From positions 1 to 16,327 of the forward strand of contig CDMY01000931.1 in the NCBI GenBank assembly GCA_001179505.1: a stretch of DNA of 16,327 nt. Direction: 5' to 3'. The notes beneath the pieces were generated by a model. It had not been told where the DNA came from. It saw only the letters and a list, made by a program, of their open reading frames with translations, and made no database searches. Source of the stretch: Vitrella brassicaformis CCMP3155. Its lineage: Eukaryota; Protista; Chromerida. This document shows, one piece after another, positions 9,021 to 16,327 of the stretch (within the stretch, counting starts at the first letter, position 1; each line of letters begins with the position of its first letter). Both the position numbers and the translations under genes were made by a program.

Positions 9021-9724
9021 CACATACGCACCTTGTATGTGACGGGCCCTGTCTTGCTCTCAACAATTTCAACCGTCCGCCAAGGTGAGATGAGCTTCTT
9101 CGTAAGGCCCTTTGGCACCTGATCATTGAAAATTCGCACTCTGTCTCCCGATTTGAATTCCCTTGGTGCAGGCAGGTCGCTCTCACGAGCAGCCACTTGT
9201 TGTTTCGCTCTATCCATGTTCTTGCGAGCCTCCTTATGGATGGCTTGGATGCCTTCGACTATCAGCTTGACGGCATCATCGGGATCGATTGTCTTTGCCG
9301 CCGTCTCATTCATTGCGACGAGCCGTGCGGTGCTGCCAGGGTGGACTGCCTCGCGCCCGGTCAGCATCTTGAATGGCGTAAAGCCAGTCGACTCATGCTC
9401 CGTCGTACGGTACGCATACAGGAAAAGAGGGATGACCCTGTCCCAGTTGGTCTGTTTCTTGTTCAGATACGGGCGGATTCTGTCTTTCAGAGTGCGATTG
9501 AAGCGCTCAATCATGCCATTGCCCTGTGGATGCATCGGCGTTATCGTTGTGTGTTTGATTCTCAGCCTCGTTGTCACTTCGCGCATCAGCTGATTGACGA
9601 AATGGCTTCCATTGTCGGTGAGAATCTCCTCCGGCAGACCATGTCTCACAACGACTGCCTCCATGAGTGCCTTGACTGTGTCTTCAGCTGTTGGCGCTTT
9701 GTTCAGAGTGACAACCTCTGGCCA
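8993..9724 (-). pseudogene. pol: pol fragment: integrase catalytic core (second D and E) and degenerate GPY/F region
   Basis: In frame with 9725..11371 across a TAG (QDEFT*WPEVV). Motifs: ILTDNGSHF, HPQGNGMIERFNRTLK, NWD, AYRTT.HESTGFTPF, FKSGDRV, GPVTYKV. Confidence 0.92.
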
Positions 9725-11467
9725 CTAAGTGAATTCATCCTGAACGGTGAGGGCAAACTGGTTGCCAGCCTCCGTGGGTGGAAGAGGACCAATGAAGTCC
9801 ATGGCCACCCTCTGGAATGGTCTCTCAGCTGGTGGTATCTGTATGGTTGGTCTCTTATTTGCCTTCAGGTTGCGTTTGCTCTGACATGCAGCACACGCCT
9901 CAATGTGCTTCCGAAAGCTCTCGTACATGCCTGGCCAGTAAAACTCTCTCGCCATCCTCTTGTAGCCTCTCTCTATCGCCAGGTGACCAGCCAACAGATG
10001 CTCGTGGTGCAGTTTCATGGCTTCTTCTCGCAGGGATGTGGGAACGAGTAACACGGGCCCATACTCTTGATGCTTCGACATCACTCTCACCAGCCCGTCG
10101 AGTAGGCAAGCGTCGTAAAGCTTCGACCAATATGCCTTGGGAACGGCATCATGCAGCTGATCGAGCTCTTCTTTGCTTGCGTTGTTGTCTTTTGCTGTCA
10201 GGAAGGCTTTCACTCGTGAGACATCAGCACATCGATCCTGGGCTTCGATGATCTGATCGACGTGGAATGGCTTGCTGTCATCCATGGCCTCCAGATTGAT
10301 GGTGCCCAACTGGTACGTATCTGCATCGCTCGAGACAGGAACACATTCATTGTTCTCCTGTCCGCAGGGTCTCGAGAGCGCATCCACATCGGTGTGTCTC
10401 TTTCCAGGTCGATAACGAAAGACGAAGTCATAGTCTTGTAACATGAGAGACCACCGCTGCAGCTTGCGATTGCCGTCCTGGGCGAATTTCAACGCTCTCA
10501 AAGCTTGGTGGTCAGAAACAAGCTCGAATCGTTGCCCAAACAGGTACGGGCGAAAATGACGGACCGCGTAGTAGATGGCATGTGCTTCTCTCTCTGTCGC
10601 TGACCACTTGCGCTCAGATATACCCAGGATGGCACTTGCGTAATGGATCGGCCTCTCCTGTCCCTTGCCGTCTCGTTGACAAAGGATCGCCCCAACTGCG
10701 TATCCACTCGCGTCCGTCTTGAGAATGAACGGCTTTTTGAAGTCGGGCAAAGCTAAGATAGGAGCTTCAAGCATCTTCTTCTTGAGGGTCAGCAGAGCGT
10801 TCCGCTCGGCGTCTCTCCACACAAATGGGTATTCTTTCTTTGTCAGGTCGGTGAGGGGTCTTGCTAAGTCGGCGTAGCTCGGCACGAATCGCTTGTAGTA
10901 TTGGAAAAGGCCCAAGATGCTCCTTACTTCCTTCTTGTCCGTCGGCTCAGGCATGCTGATCATCTTCTCCACTTTCTTGGGATCGGCTTGAAGGCCTTTC
11001 TCGGAGACAAGGAAGCCGAGAATGGAAATTTTGCGCGCAAAGAAGGTGCACTTGCTTGGCTTCACCTTAATGTTTGCGGCCTGGAGAAGCCGGAACACGT
11101 CGAGTATGTGTCCACAATGCTCCTCGAAGGTACGCGAGAAGATGACAATGTCATCTACGTACACAAATGCACTCGTCCACAGTGCCTGCGCTAGCGCTTT
11201 ATCCATGACTCGTTGGAATGTCGCTACGCTGTTGCAGAGGCCCATCGGCATGCGAGCCCACTGCTTCTGTGTCTGTCCATCGATTGAAAATGCTGTCTTG
11301 TGTCGGTCGTCGGGGTGCACTTCAACTTGCCAAAAGCCTGATGTCGCATCAAGCGTGGTAAACCAAGACATACCATGGAGGCACTCGAAGCATCGACCGA
11401 TTAATGGTGGCGCGTAGCGGGACTTTTCTGTGATTTCGTTCAGCCAGCGATAATCGATACAGAGGCG
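9725..11467 (-). pseudogene. pol: pol fragment: reverse transcriptase, RNase H, integrase HHCC and first catalytic D
   Basis: RLCIDYRWLN (read after the TGA), FTTLDATSGFWQ, MPMGLCNS, YVDD. RNase H motifs TDAS, TEREA, SDH and DALSR. HEHLLAGH...CAAC zinc finger and AMDFIGP. Confidence 0.95.
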
Positions 11468-13474
11468 TCAAGAGCCATCTTTCTTCCTCACCATCACAAT
11501 GGCGGCATTGTACTCAGAATCCGCAGGCTCGACGATGCCCGAGGCTTCCAAGTCGCCAACAATCTGCGCTGCTGCCTCTTCCTCAGCTCGTGCCAACCTC
11601 CGTGGATTCATGTATGGAGGGATGCCACTAATGTTGATTCGATGGACACCAAAAGACGGATCGACATGGCCAAGGTCAGTCTTGTCTCGCGAGAACATGC
11701 CTGTCCCTTGTACGTCTTTGATCACCTGAGCTGCCCGTCTCTTCTGTTGGTCTGTCAGGCCTTTGCCGACCTGTATCTCATGCTCGATACCATCCGCATT
11801 TGGGGAGCCGCGGACGTCCTCTGTCTCTGGCGTCGTCCCCATAAGGTGGTCAAGTCGCTCTCGATCGATTTCAGCAGGTACAAGGTCAGTTTCAGCCAGC
11901 TTGGCTGCCGCGATATGCTGTGTCTCATTCGTAGGTGGCTGCGATAAGGAGATCGCATCCTCAAGGCCCGTGAATGCGACGAACCAGCCCAACACATGGT
12001 TCCTTGGGAGGATGACTCTCTTTGCCGAAAGATTGTGGAGCTTCACGTACACACGACGGCCTGTCGTCACCTCCATCACATCCTTCTCTACCCGAATGTA
12101 AGCTCCTCGGTGGTGTGTGAGCCCTGGATGCTCCAACAAGCGTCCAACCTCTCCTATTTGTCGTTCAGGTCCACTCAACCGCGCTCGCACCCATGTCTCC
12201 TTGCCCGCTGGTATGGGTGTCTTGGCTGTGACGACGATCTGAGTTTTCGGCTTCCTTCGTTCCTGTCCGGGTGAGCTTGATCTAACAAAACCTATAGCTG
12301 TGACACTTACGCCATCTGTGTCGTGCGCGTATGGCTCATGGATGCTCATAGGTGGCCATTCCTGTCTCGAGGTCACACGTATTTTGCCGATTCGATGATC
12401 TACAATGACCCTTCCCTCTCGGATCGCCTTTCCCCCAAGCAAGACGATAGCTTTGGGATCGTCAATGACACAGAAGTCAACAGTGATAGGTCTCATAGGC
12501 TGTCTCCCCTTATCTGTTGCCACTCCTTCAGGCAAGAGGGCGATTTGAGCGGCGCTATCGATCGCTACATCACCGTGGTGCAGCATGCTCAACTTCACAC
12601 CCGTAATTGGCTTCATGACTATCTCTCCGTTGCCCTCCCCACGCAGCTTCCTCAGCATCCGTCGGCTTATCACACTGAGGTCAGCACCCGTATCAACAAG
12701 CACCTCACATAACACCCCATTCACCCTCATCAGCACATATGTCTGCCAGCGTACAGTTCGCAAAAGCTCACTGTGGTTCGCCTCCTGCTTTCGTGCATCT
12801 GTAGGAGCCCTATTGCTTCCACCACAGACTGCATTGACATGCAGAGAGACTCCCTGACCACTCTCTCTCTTATCAGCCACTGGTGGGCCCAGTGCTGCTA
12901 CACCGACGGCATGCGAAGAAGAAGGCGTCCCCTCTCTTCGCCTACCGTAATCGACGACATCCGAGGAAGAAGGCGTCCCCTCTTCTCGTCCGCCGCCATC
13001 GGGGTTTTTGGCGGAGATAGCCCCGACCAGCTCCAGCCCTTCGTCAGTTGTCTCGGTGGATGCCCACACACCACCGGCAGTATCCGAGTCGTAGCCCTTA
13101 TGTGAGACTCGCGCCAACCGACTGTCATTACCAATGTCCGCTGATGCACCAGGGCGTGCCGTCATGCACTGCCGCTTCGCCGATGCACCCCAAGGACCTA
13201 CCGACCTGGACTGCAAGTTCTCGCCCAGTCCGCATCTGTCTGCGTCCCCCAGGCAATCCCTTGGCCCAGGCGCCGGGATAAACGTGTGGTCAGTATCTCT
13301 CGTATCAACAATGTCGACAACTATATTGGAATGGGGTTTCCTCTGTGCCTGTACACTCAGAGCGTCAACCGAGCCTGTCTCCTTCAAAAATGAGCTCTTC
13401 ATCAAAGAATGCGCATGTAGGGCGTCGTCTGCCGATGCTGTGTCCTCTCGCCCGCCCTGAAGCGGAGGACTCAT
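11468..13474 (-). CDS. pol: pol N-terminal part: ~245-aa low-complexity spacer, aspartic protease, dUTPase-like fold, start of RT; ends at a premature TGA
   Basis: LVDTGADLSVIS (D at about 12692-12694). A beta-rich dUTPase-like stretch at about 11975-12241 ends VKLHNLSAKRVILPRNHVLG. RT begins HRINI...IVEPADSEY.AAIVMVRKKDGS*. Confidence 0.9.
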   Translation of the reverse strand: MSPPLQGGREDTASADDALHAHSLMKSSFLKETGSVDALSVQAQRKPHSNIVVDIVDTRDTDHTFIPAPGPRDCLGDADRCGLGENLQSRSVGPWGASAKRQCMTARPGASADIGNDSRLARVSHKGYDSDTAGGVWASTETTDEGLELVGAISAKNPDGGGREEGTPSSSDVVDYGRRREGTPSSSHAVGVAALGPPVADKRESGQGVSLHVNAVCGGSNRAPTDARKQEANHSELLRTVRWQTYVLMRVNGVLCEVLVDTGADLSVISRRMLRKLRGEGNGEIVMKPITGVKLSMLHHGDVAIDSAAQIALLPEGVATDKGRQPMRPITVDFCVIDDPKAIVLLGGKAIREGRVIVDHRIGKIRVTSRQEWPPMSIHEPYAHDTDGVSVTAIGFVRSSSPGQERRKPKTQIVVTAKTPIPAGKETWVRARLSGPERQIGEVGRLLEHPGLTHHRGAYIRVEKDVMEVTTGRRVYVKLHNLSAKRVILPRNHVLGWFVAFTGLEDAISLSQPPTNETQHIAAAKLAETDLVPAEIDRERLDHLMGTTPETEDVRGSPNADGIEHEIQVGKGLTDQQKRRAAQVIKDVQGTGMFSRDKTDLGHVDPSFGVHRINISGIPPYMNPRRLARAEEEAAAQIVGDLEASGIVEPADSEYNAAIVMVRKKDGS
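12918..12983. repeat. In-frame internal duplication (18-bp exact core, 48-bp period) in the pol spacer
   Basis: gaagaaggcgtcccctct at 12918-12935 and 12966-12983, encoding EGTPSSS twice. Confidence 0.85.
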
Positions 13475-13483
13475 CCGTTTCCC
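13442..13483 (-). promoter_or_regulatory. -1 programmed ribosomal frameshift signal: G GGA AAC slippery heptamer (13483-13477), 6-nt spacer, hairpin (13470-13442)
   Basis: The gag frame reads CTG GGA AAC GGA TGA. A -1 slip gives GGG AAA CGG ATG AGT CCT, which is the pol frame. Hairpin: GTCCT-CCGCT-TCAG-GGCGG-(GCGAG)-AGGAC. Confidence 0.8.
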
Positions 13484-14793
13484 AGCTGCGGGAGGTCAGG
13501 AGGAGGGAGCGCTTTAGCTTGAACAGTGTTTGCCCCTGTCAGTGTCGCTGCTTGCATTTGCTCAGGGGAAGGCGTCCATCCCTTCGGTCGCTTTCTACAC
13601 CGGGCCCACTTGTGTCCATAGATGCCGCAGTAGAGACATCTGCCTGGGAACTTTCCTGCCCACTTATTAGTCCTCTTGTCTGGGTCTTGTGTCGCTGCTC
13701 TCTCTTCTCTTCTGTGTCTGCCCGACGCATCGTGTTGTCCCTTCAGGTCAGCCACTTCCGCCTTGAGCTCATTAATGGATGCAGTGAGAGAGTCCCGGCT
13801 CTCCGTCTCTTTCTGCTTGTCGATGCCATCTGCAGGTCTCCGACCGACCGCACCGATCTCAAATCGTGCACGTTTCGACGGTCTTGTCCTCTCGGCATCG
13901 CTCTCGCCATCGTCGTCACCGTGGCCATTGCCGCGCTTGCGTGTCCGCAACAGCCATACCTCTGCACTCAATCCGAGCTCCTTCACGGCGCTGAATGTGT
14001 GGGGGTCGTCGTCTTTGCGGTATATTTCGTCTTTCAGTCTAGGTAGCAGGCCATCGATGAATAACTCGACTGCCTCTCTTTCCGATTTGTGCGTGCGTGC
14101 CTTCTGGTAGATGTCGTTGAACTCATTGAACGCATCTTGGAACGATTGATCGGGCTTCTGTTTCCATGTCTTCATTTGCTCAGCTACGGCGATTGTCTGT
14201 GCCTGTTTCTGGCCAAACTCTCGAGCCAAGAAGTCCAAGAGCGTCTCCAGCTGTACGGCTTGGCTGTTGTCTCCCCATCCTGCCTGTGTGCTTATCCATC
14301 GAGTGACGCGAGTGCGTGCAGTGCCCCGTAAGGCGCTCATGATGAATGGAAGTATCTGGCCTCCTTTCAAATGGTACATGTTCTCAGCCGCCCTGACTTC
14401 ATCAATGAATGCCTCCACAGTATGCTCTGCGCCTCCATCGAACGACTGGATGGACACCGATGGTTTCTGTAGGTCGTTTCGCCCCATCGACGGCAGCTCA
14501 CTCAACTCTGCCTGCGACGGCGTCTGGCTTGGATGAGAACTGCTTGCTTCGTGTGTGAGTTCAGGTCCTTCACCTGGCAGCACCACGATGTCGGTGGTGT
14601 CGCCTCTGCGATTGTATGTTGGTGAGACATCAGCGTCTCCTTCACGCCGTGCATTCGCCGCACGCCGTGTCTGTCTCTTCATGGCTTTCTTGCCACGCTT
14701 CAGCACCTGCAGCGCACGTTTTTGTGTCAATGCGCTCTCCGCCCGTGCGGGAGGTGCCGATTCCGTGCTCAGACCGCTTCGTGTCCTCGCCAT
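13471..14793 (-). CDS. gag: Gag polyprotein (440 aa), intact
   Basis: Retrotransposon capsid-like segment (SFDG...ALRGTAR..W...KQKPDQS...FIDGLLPRLK) and a CX2CX4HX4C knuckle CLYCGIYGHKWARC. Lies directly upstream of pol. Confidence 0.93.
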   Translation of the reverse strand: MARTRSGLSTESAPPARAESALTQKRALQVLKRGKKAMKRQTRRAANARREGDADVSPTYNRRGDTTDIVVLPGEGPELTHEASSSHPSQTPSQAELSELPSMGRNDLQKPSVSIQSFDGGAEHTVEAFIDEVRAAENMYHLKGGQILPFIMSALRGTARTRVTRWISTQAGWGDNSQAVQLETLLDFLAREFGQKQAQTIAVAEQMKTWKQKPDQSFQDAFNEFNDIYQKARTHKSEREAVELFIDGLLPRLKDEIYRKDDDPHTFSAVKELGLSAEVWLLRTRKRGNGHGDDDGESDAERTRPSKRARFEIGAVGRRPADGIDKQKETESRDSLTASINELKAEVADLKGQHDASGRHRREERAATQDPDKRTNKWAGKFPGRCLYCGIYGHKWARCRKRPKGWTPSPEQMQAATLTGANTVQAKALPPPDLPQLGNG

Positions 14794-14839
14794 GACAGTG
14801 TCTCAAGTGTCACTTCACGGACTTCACCGAGTTGCTTCA

Positions 14840-14853
14840 CGGCAGATGCACCA
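14840..14853 (-). other. Candidate primer-binding site TGGTGCATCTGCCG, probably for tRNA-Gly
   Basis: TGG-starting motif 46 nt upstream of the gag ATG and 5 nt after a CA. It fits the complement of a tRNA ending ...CGG-CAGAUGC-A-CCA. Eukaryotic tRNA-Gly(GCC) typically starts GCA and has an A discriminator. Confidence 0.55.
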
Positions 14854-14858
14854 GAAAA

Positions 14859-15041
14859 TGCTCGCCGCCTGTGTATGAGCTGTCTTTGAGACGAGCTGTG
14901 CCTAGTGGAGAACGATATGTGAAGTGATTGCCCGTTGGTTGACGATTTGGAGACACGAAGAAGAGGCTTTCACTTGTAACACACAGAGGTCTGTCCACAC
15001 GCTACACACACAGTGTCACGCACACGAACACGCACGCGATG
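14859..15041 (-). repeat. Probable U5 end of the 5' LTR; the rest is lost in the gap
   Basis: Lies upstream of the PBS candidate, ends in CA at 14860-14859, and 15026-15041 matches the 3' LTR. The portion 14859-15013 has no clear counterpart in the 3' LTR. Confidence 0.5.
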
Positions 15042-15341
15042 NNNNNNNNNNNNNNNNNNNNNNNNNNNNNNNNNNNNNNNNNNNNNNNNNNNNNNNNNNN
15101 NNNNNNNNNNNNNNNNNNNNNNNNNNNNNNNNNNNNNNNNNNNNNNNNNNNNNNNNNNNNNNNNNNNNNNNNNNNNNNNNNNNNNNNNNNNNNNNNNNNN
15201 NNNNNNNNNNNNNNNNNNNNNNNNNNNNNNNNNNNNNNNNNNNNNNNNNNNNNNNNNNNNNNNNNNNNNNNNNNNNNNNNNNNNNNNNNNNNNNNNNNNN
15301 NNNNNNNNNNNNNNNNNNNNNNNNNNNNNNNNNNNNNNNNN
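15042..15341. other. Assembly gap (300 N)
   Basis: Run of exactly 300 N. Confidence 1.
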
Positions 15342-16327
15342 GCATCTACCACACGGGCGCCCTGTCTACTTCGGCACACCGGCAGGTGCAGCTTCCCATC
15401 CGGTGGGGGGATCCGGTAGGGGGGCTTTGGGCTGGTGTCGTCTGCGCGTGTCGCGCCGGGTGCTTACTTGGGGTCCGTGGCCGTCACCGTGGGGGATGTG
15501 TGGGATCGTTTCCGTGGGCAACCCTGAATGCCCGAGTCAGAAGCCTCTCTTCTCCAGCTGGAATGGCTCGTCTTAGCGGCATCCGCCCGCATCGAGTTCT
15601 CCGCATCCCTCCCCTCTGTCGCCATCCCCCCTATCGCGCAGCTCATCGCACGCCCGCAGGCCCGGCTGCAGCAGAAGATCTCTGCCGCCCTTGCGCAGAA
15701 AGACTTCGACACCCTCTTTGAGTCTTTCCCGGCTGGCAGCCGTGATCGATGCCGTCTTCTCTCCTGCCTGGGGCCTCTGTCGTCTGGCTGGCTGTCGGCC
15801 ATCCCCGCATATACCCGAGGTGACAAGCGCAAGTGCTTGAACAACTACGCCTACCGCCTCGCTACGGCCCTCACCCTCGGCATCACTTTCCCTCTCACCA
15901 GCCTCGCACCGTCATGTACGTGTGGAGCAAGCATCGACACCCTGGGCGACCACTTTTTCCTCTGCAGCCGCGCGACGGCGGAGCGCGTGTTCAAGCACAA
16001 CACCCTGCTGGACGTCTTTAAGGCAATCCTTGCGGAGGTGGGCATCACGGCTGTCACCGAAGTGCCCCTGCGGTCTCTCGATATCACTTCCCCAAACGCC
16101 CAGCCCAACAGTCAGCGCATGCATCTCTTCTTCTCCATCAACGGCGAAGGTGTCGTGTGCGACCTCACGGTGGTCCATCCGTGTCGGCCTGGGAACTCAA
16201 CCGCCCACCACACCCAGGTCAACCGCAGCAACGCACGTCGGCCGGGCGGTTTTGCAGCTGCAGGGGCGGAGCGCGACAAAGATCGCAAGTACGGTGCCAA
16301 CTGTCGGCAGAAAGGCTACACCTTCGT
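15342..16327 (+). mobile_element. Third RLE non-LTR retrotransposon fragment (different CRE-like family), decayed; absent from the ORF track because the frame runs off the window
   Basis: QVQLPIRW-GGFGLVSSARVAPGAYLGS, then a TGA at 15525-15527, then an open frame from 15528 to the end. Motifs: GWLSAIP, CTCGASIDTLGDHFFLC, KHN, TEVP, RMHL (normally RxDL), CDLTVVHP, AERDKDRKY. Confidence 0.88.

Larger units (their letters stand above)
7143..15041 (-). mobile_element. Ty3/gypsy LTR retrotransposon with chromodomain (chromovirus-like architecture), near complete and mildly decayed
   Basis: Domain order gag-PR-RT-RH-IN-chromo, plus PPT, TG-starting 3' LTR and PBS candidate. The left boundary is inferred and the right end runs into the N gap. 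Confidence 0.95.

Noticed and set aside
9197-10251. Plus-strand ORFs 9197..10051 and 9817..10251 as antisense genes
   Set aside because: They are shadows of pol on the opposite strand in GC-rich DNA, with no motifs.
9725-11470. In-frame stops in pol as programmed readthrough or an alternative genetic code (TGA=Trp)
   Set aside because: The stops fall inside RT and inside the integrase core rather than at domain boundaries. TGG is used for Trp throughout, gag ends at TGA, and a frameshift also shows decay.
13345-14110. Plus-strand ORFs 13345..14046 and 13676..14110 opposite gag
   Set aside because: Antisense shadows with no independent evidence of coding.
590-15527. RIP-like or APOBEC-like G-to-A hypermutation across the elements
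   Set aside because: Only a few inferred G-to-A changes (590, 11468, 15418) occur alongside other change types, and a consensus is needed to test it.
14924-15721. ORFs that span the N gaps (also 3493..4035, 3587..4465, 3614..4117)
   Set aside because: Their length comes from N codons. Only the parts with RLE homology are supported.

Overview
Repeat-rich eukaryotic DNA. It is GC-rich with short GT-AG introns and CA/CATC-rich spacers, which suggests a protist, possibly a chromerid-like alveolate (inference only). The main feature is a near-complete minus-strand Ty3/gypsy LTR retrotransposon with a chromodomain (about 7143-15041). It carries gag with a CCHC knuckle, a G_GGA_AAC -1 frameshift signal plus hairpin, and a pol of ~245-aa spacer, protease, dUTPase-like fold, RT, RNase H, integrase, chromodomain and an extra unexplained C-terminal domain. 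It also has a PPT, a 3' LTR and a candidate tRNA-Gly PBS. pol is broken by two in-frame stops and one frameshift. Three fragments of CRE-like non-LTR retrotransposons with restriction-like endonuclease (RLE) surround it, from two families: 2-1027 (+), 3516-4260 (-) and 15342-16327 (+). Both readable RLE active sites lack the first catalytic Asp. Between the first two lies a decayed spliced gene with MATH-like and PAN/Apple-like segments. The 4.3-7.1 kb region is poorly explained and holds strong hairpins, a 25-bp tandem repeat and a possible host first exon. Two 300-N gaps hide part of one RLE element and most of the 5' LTR.
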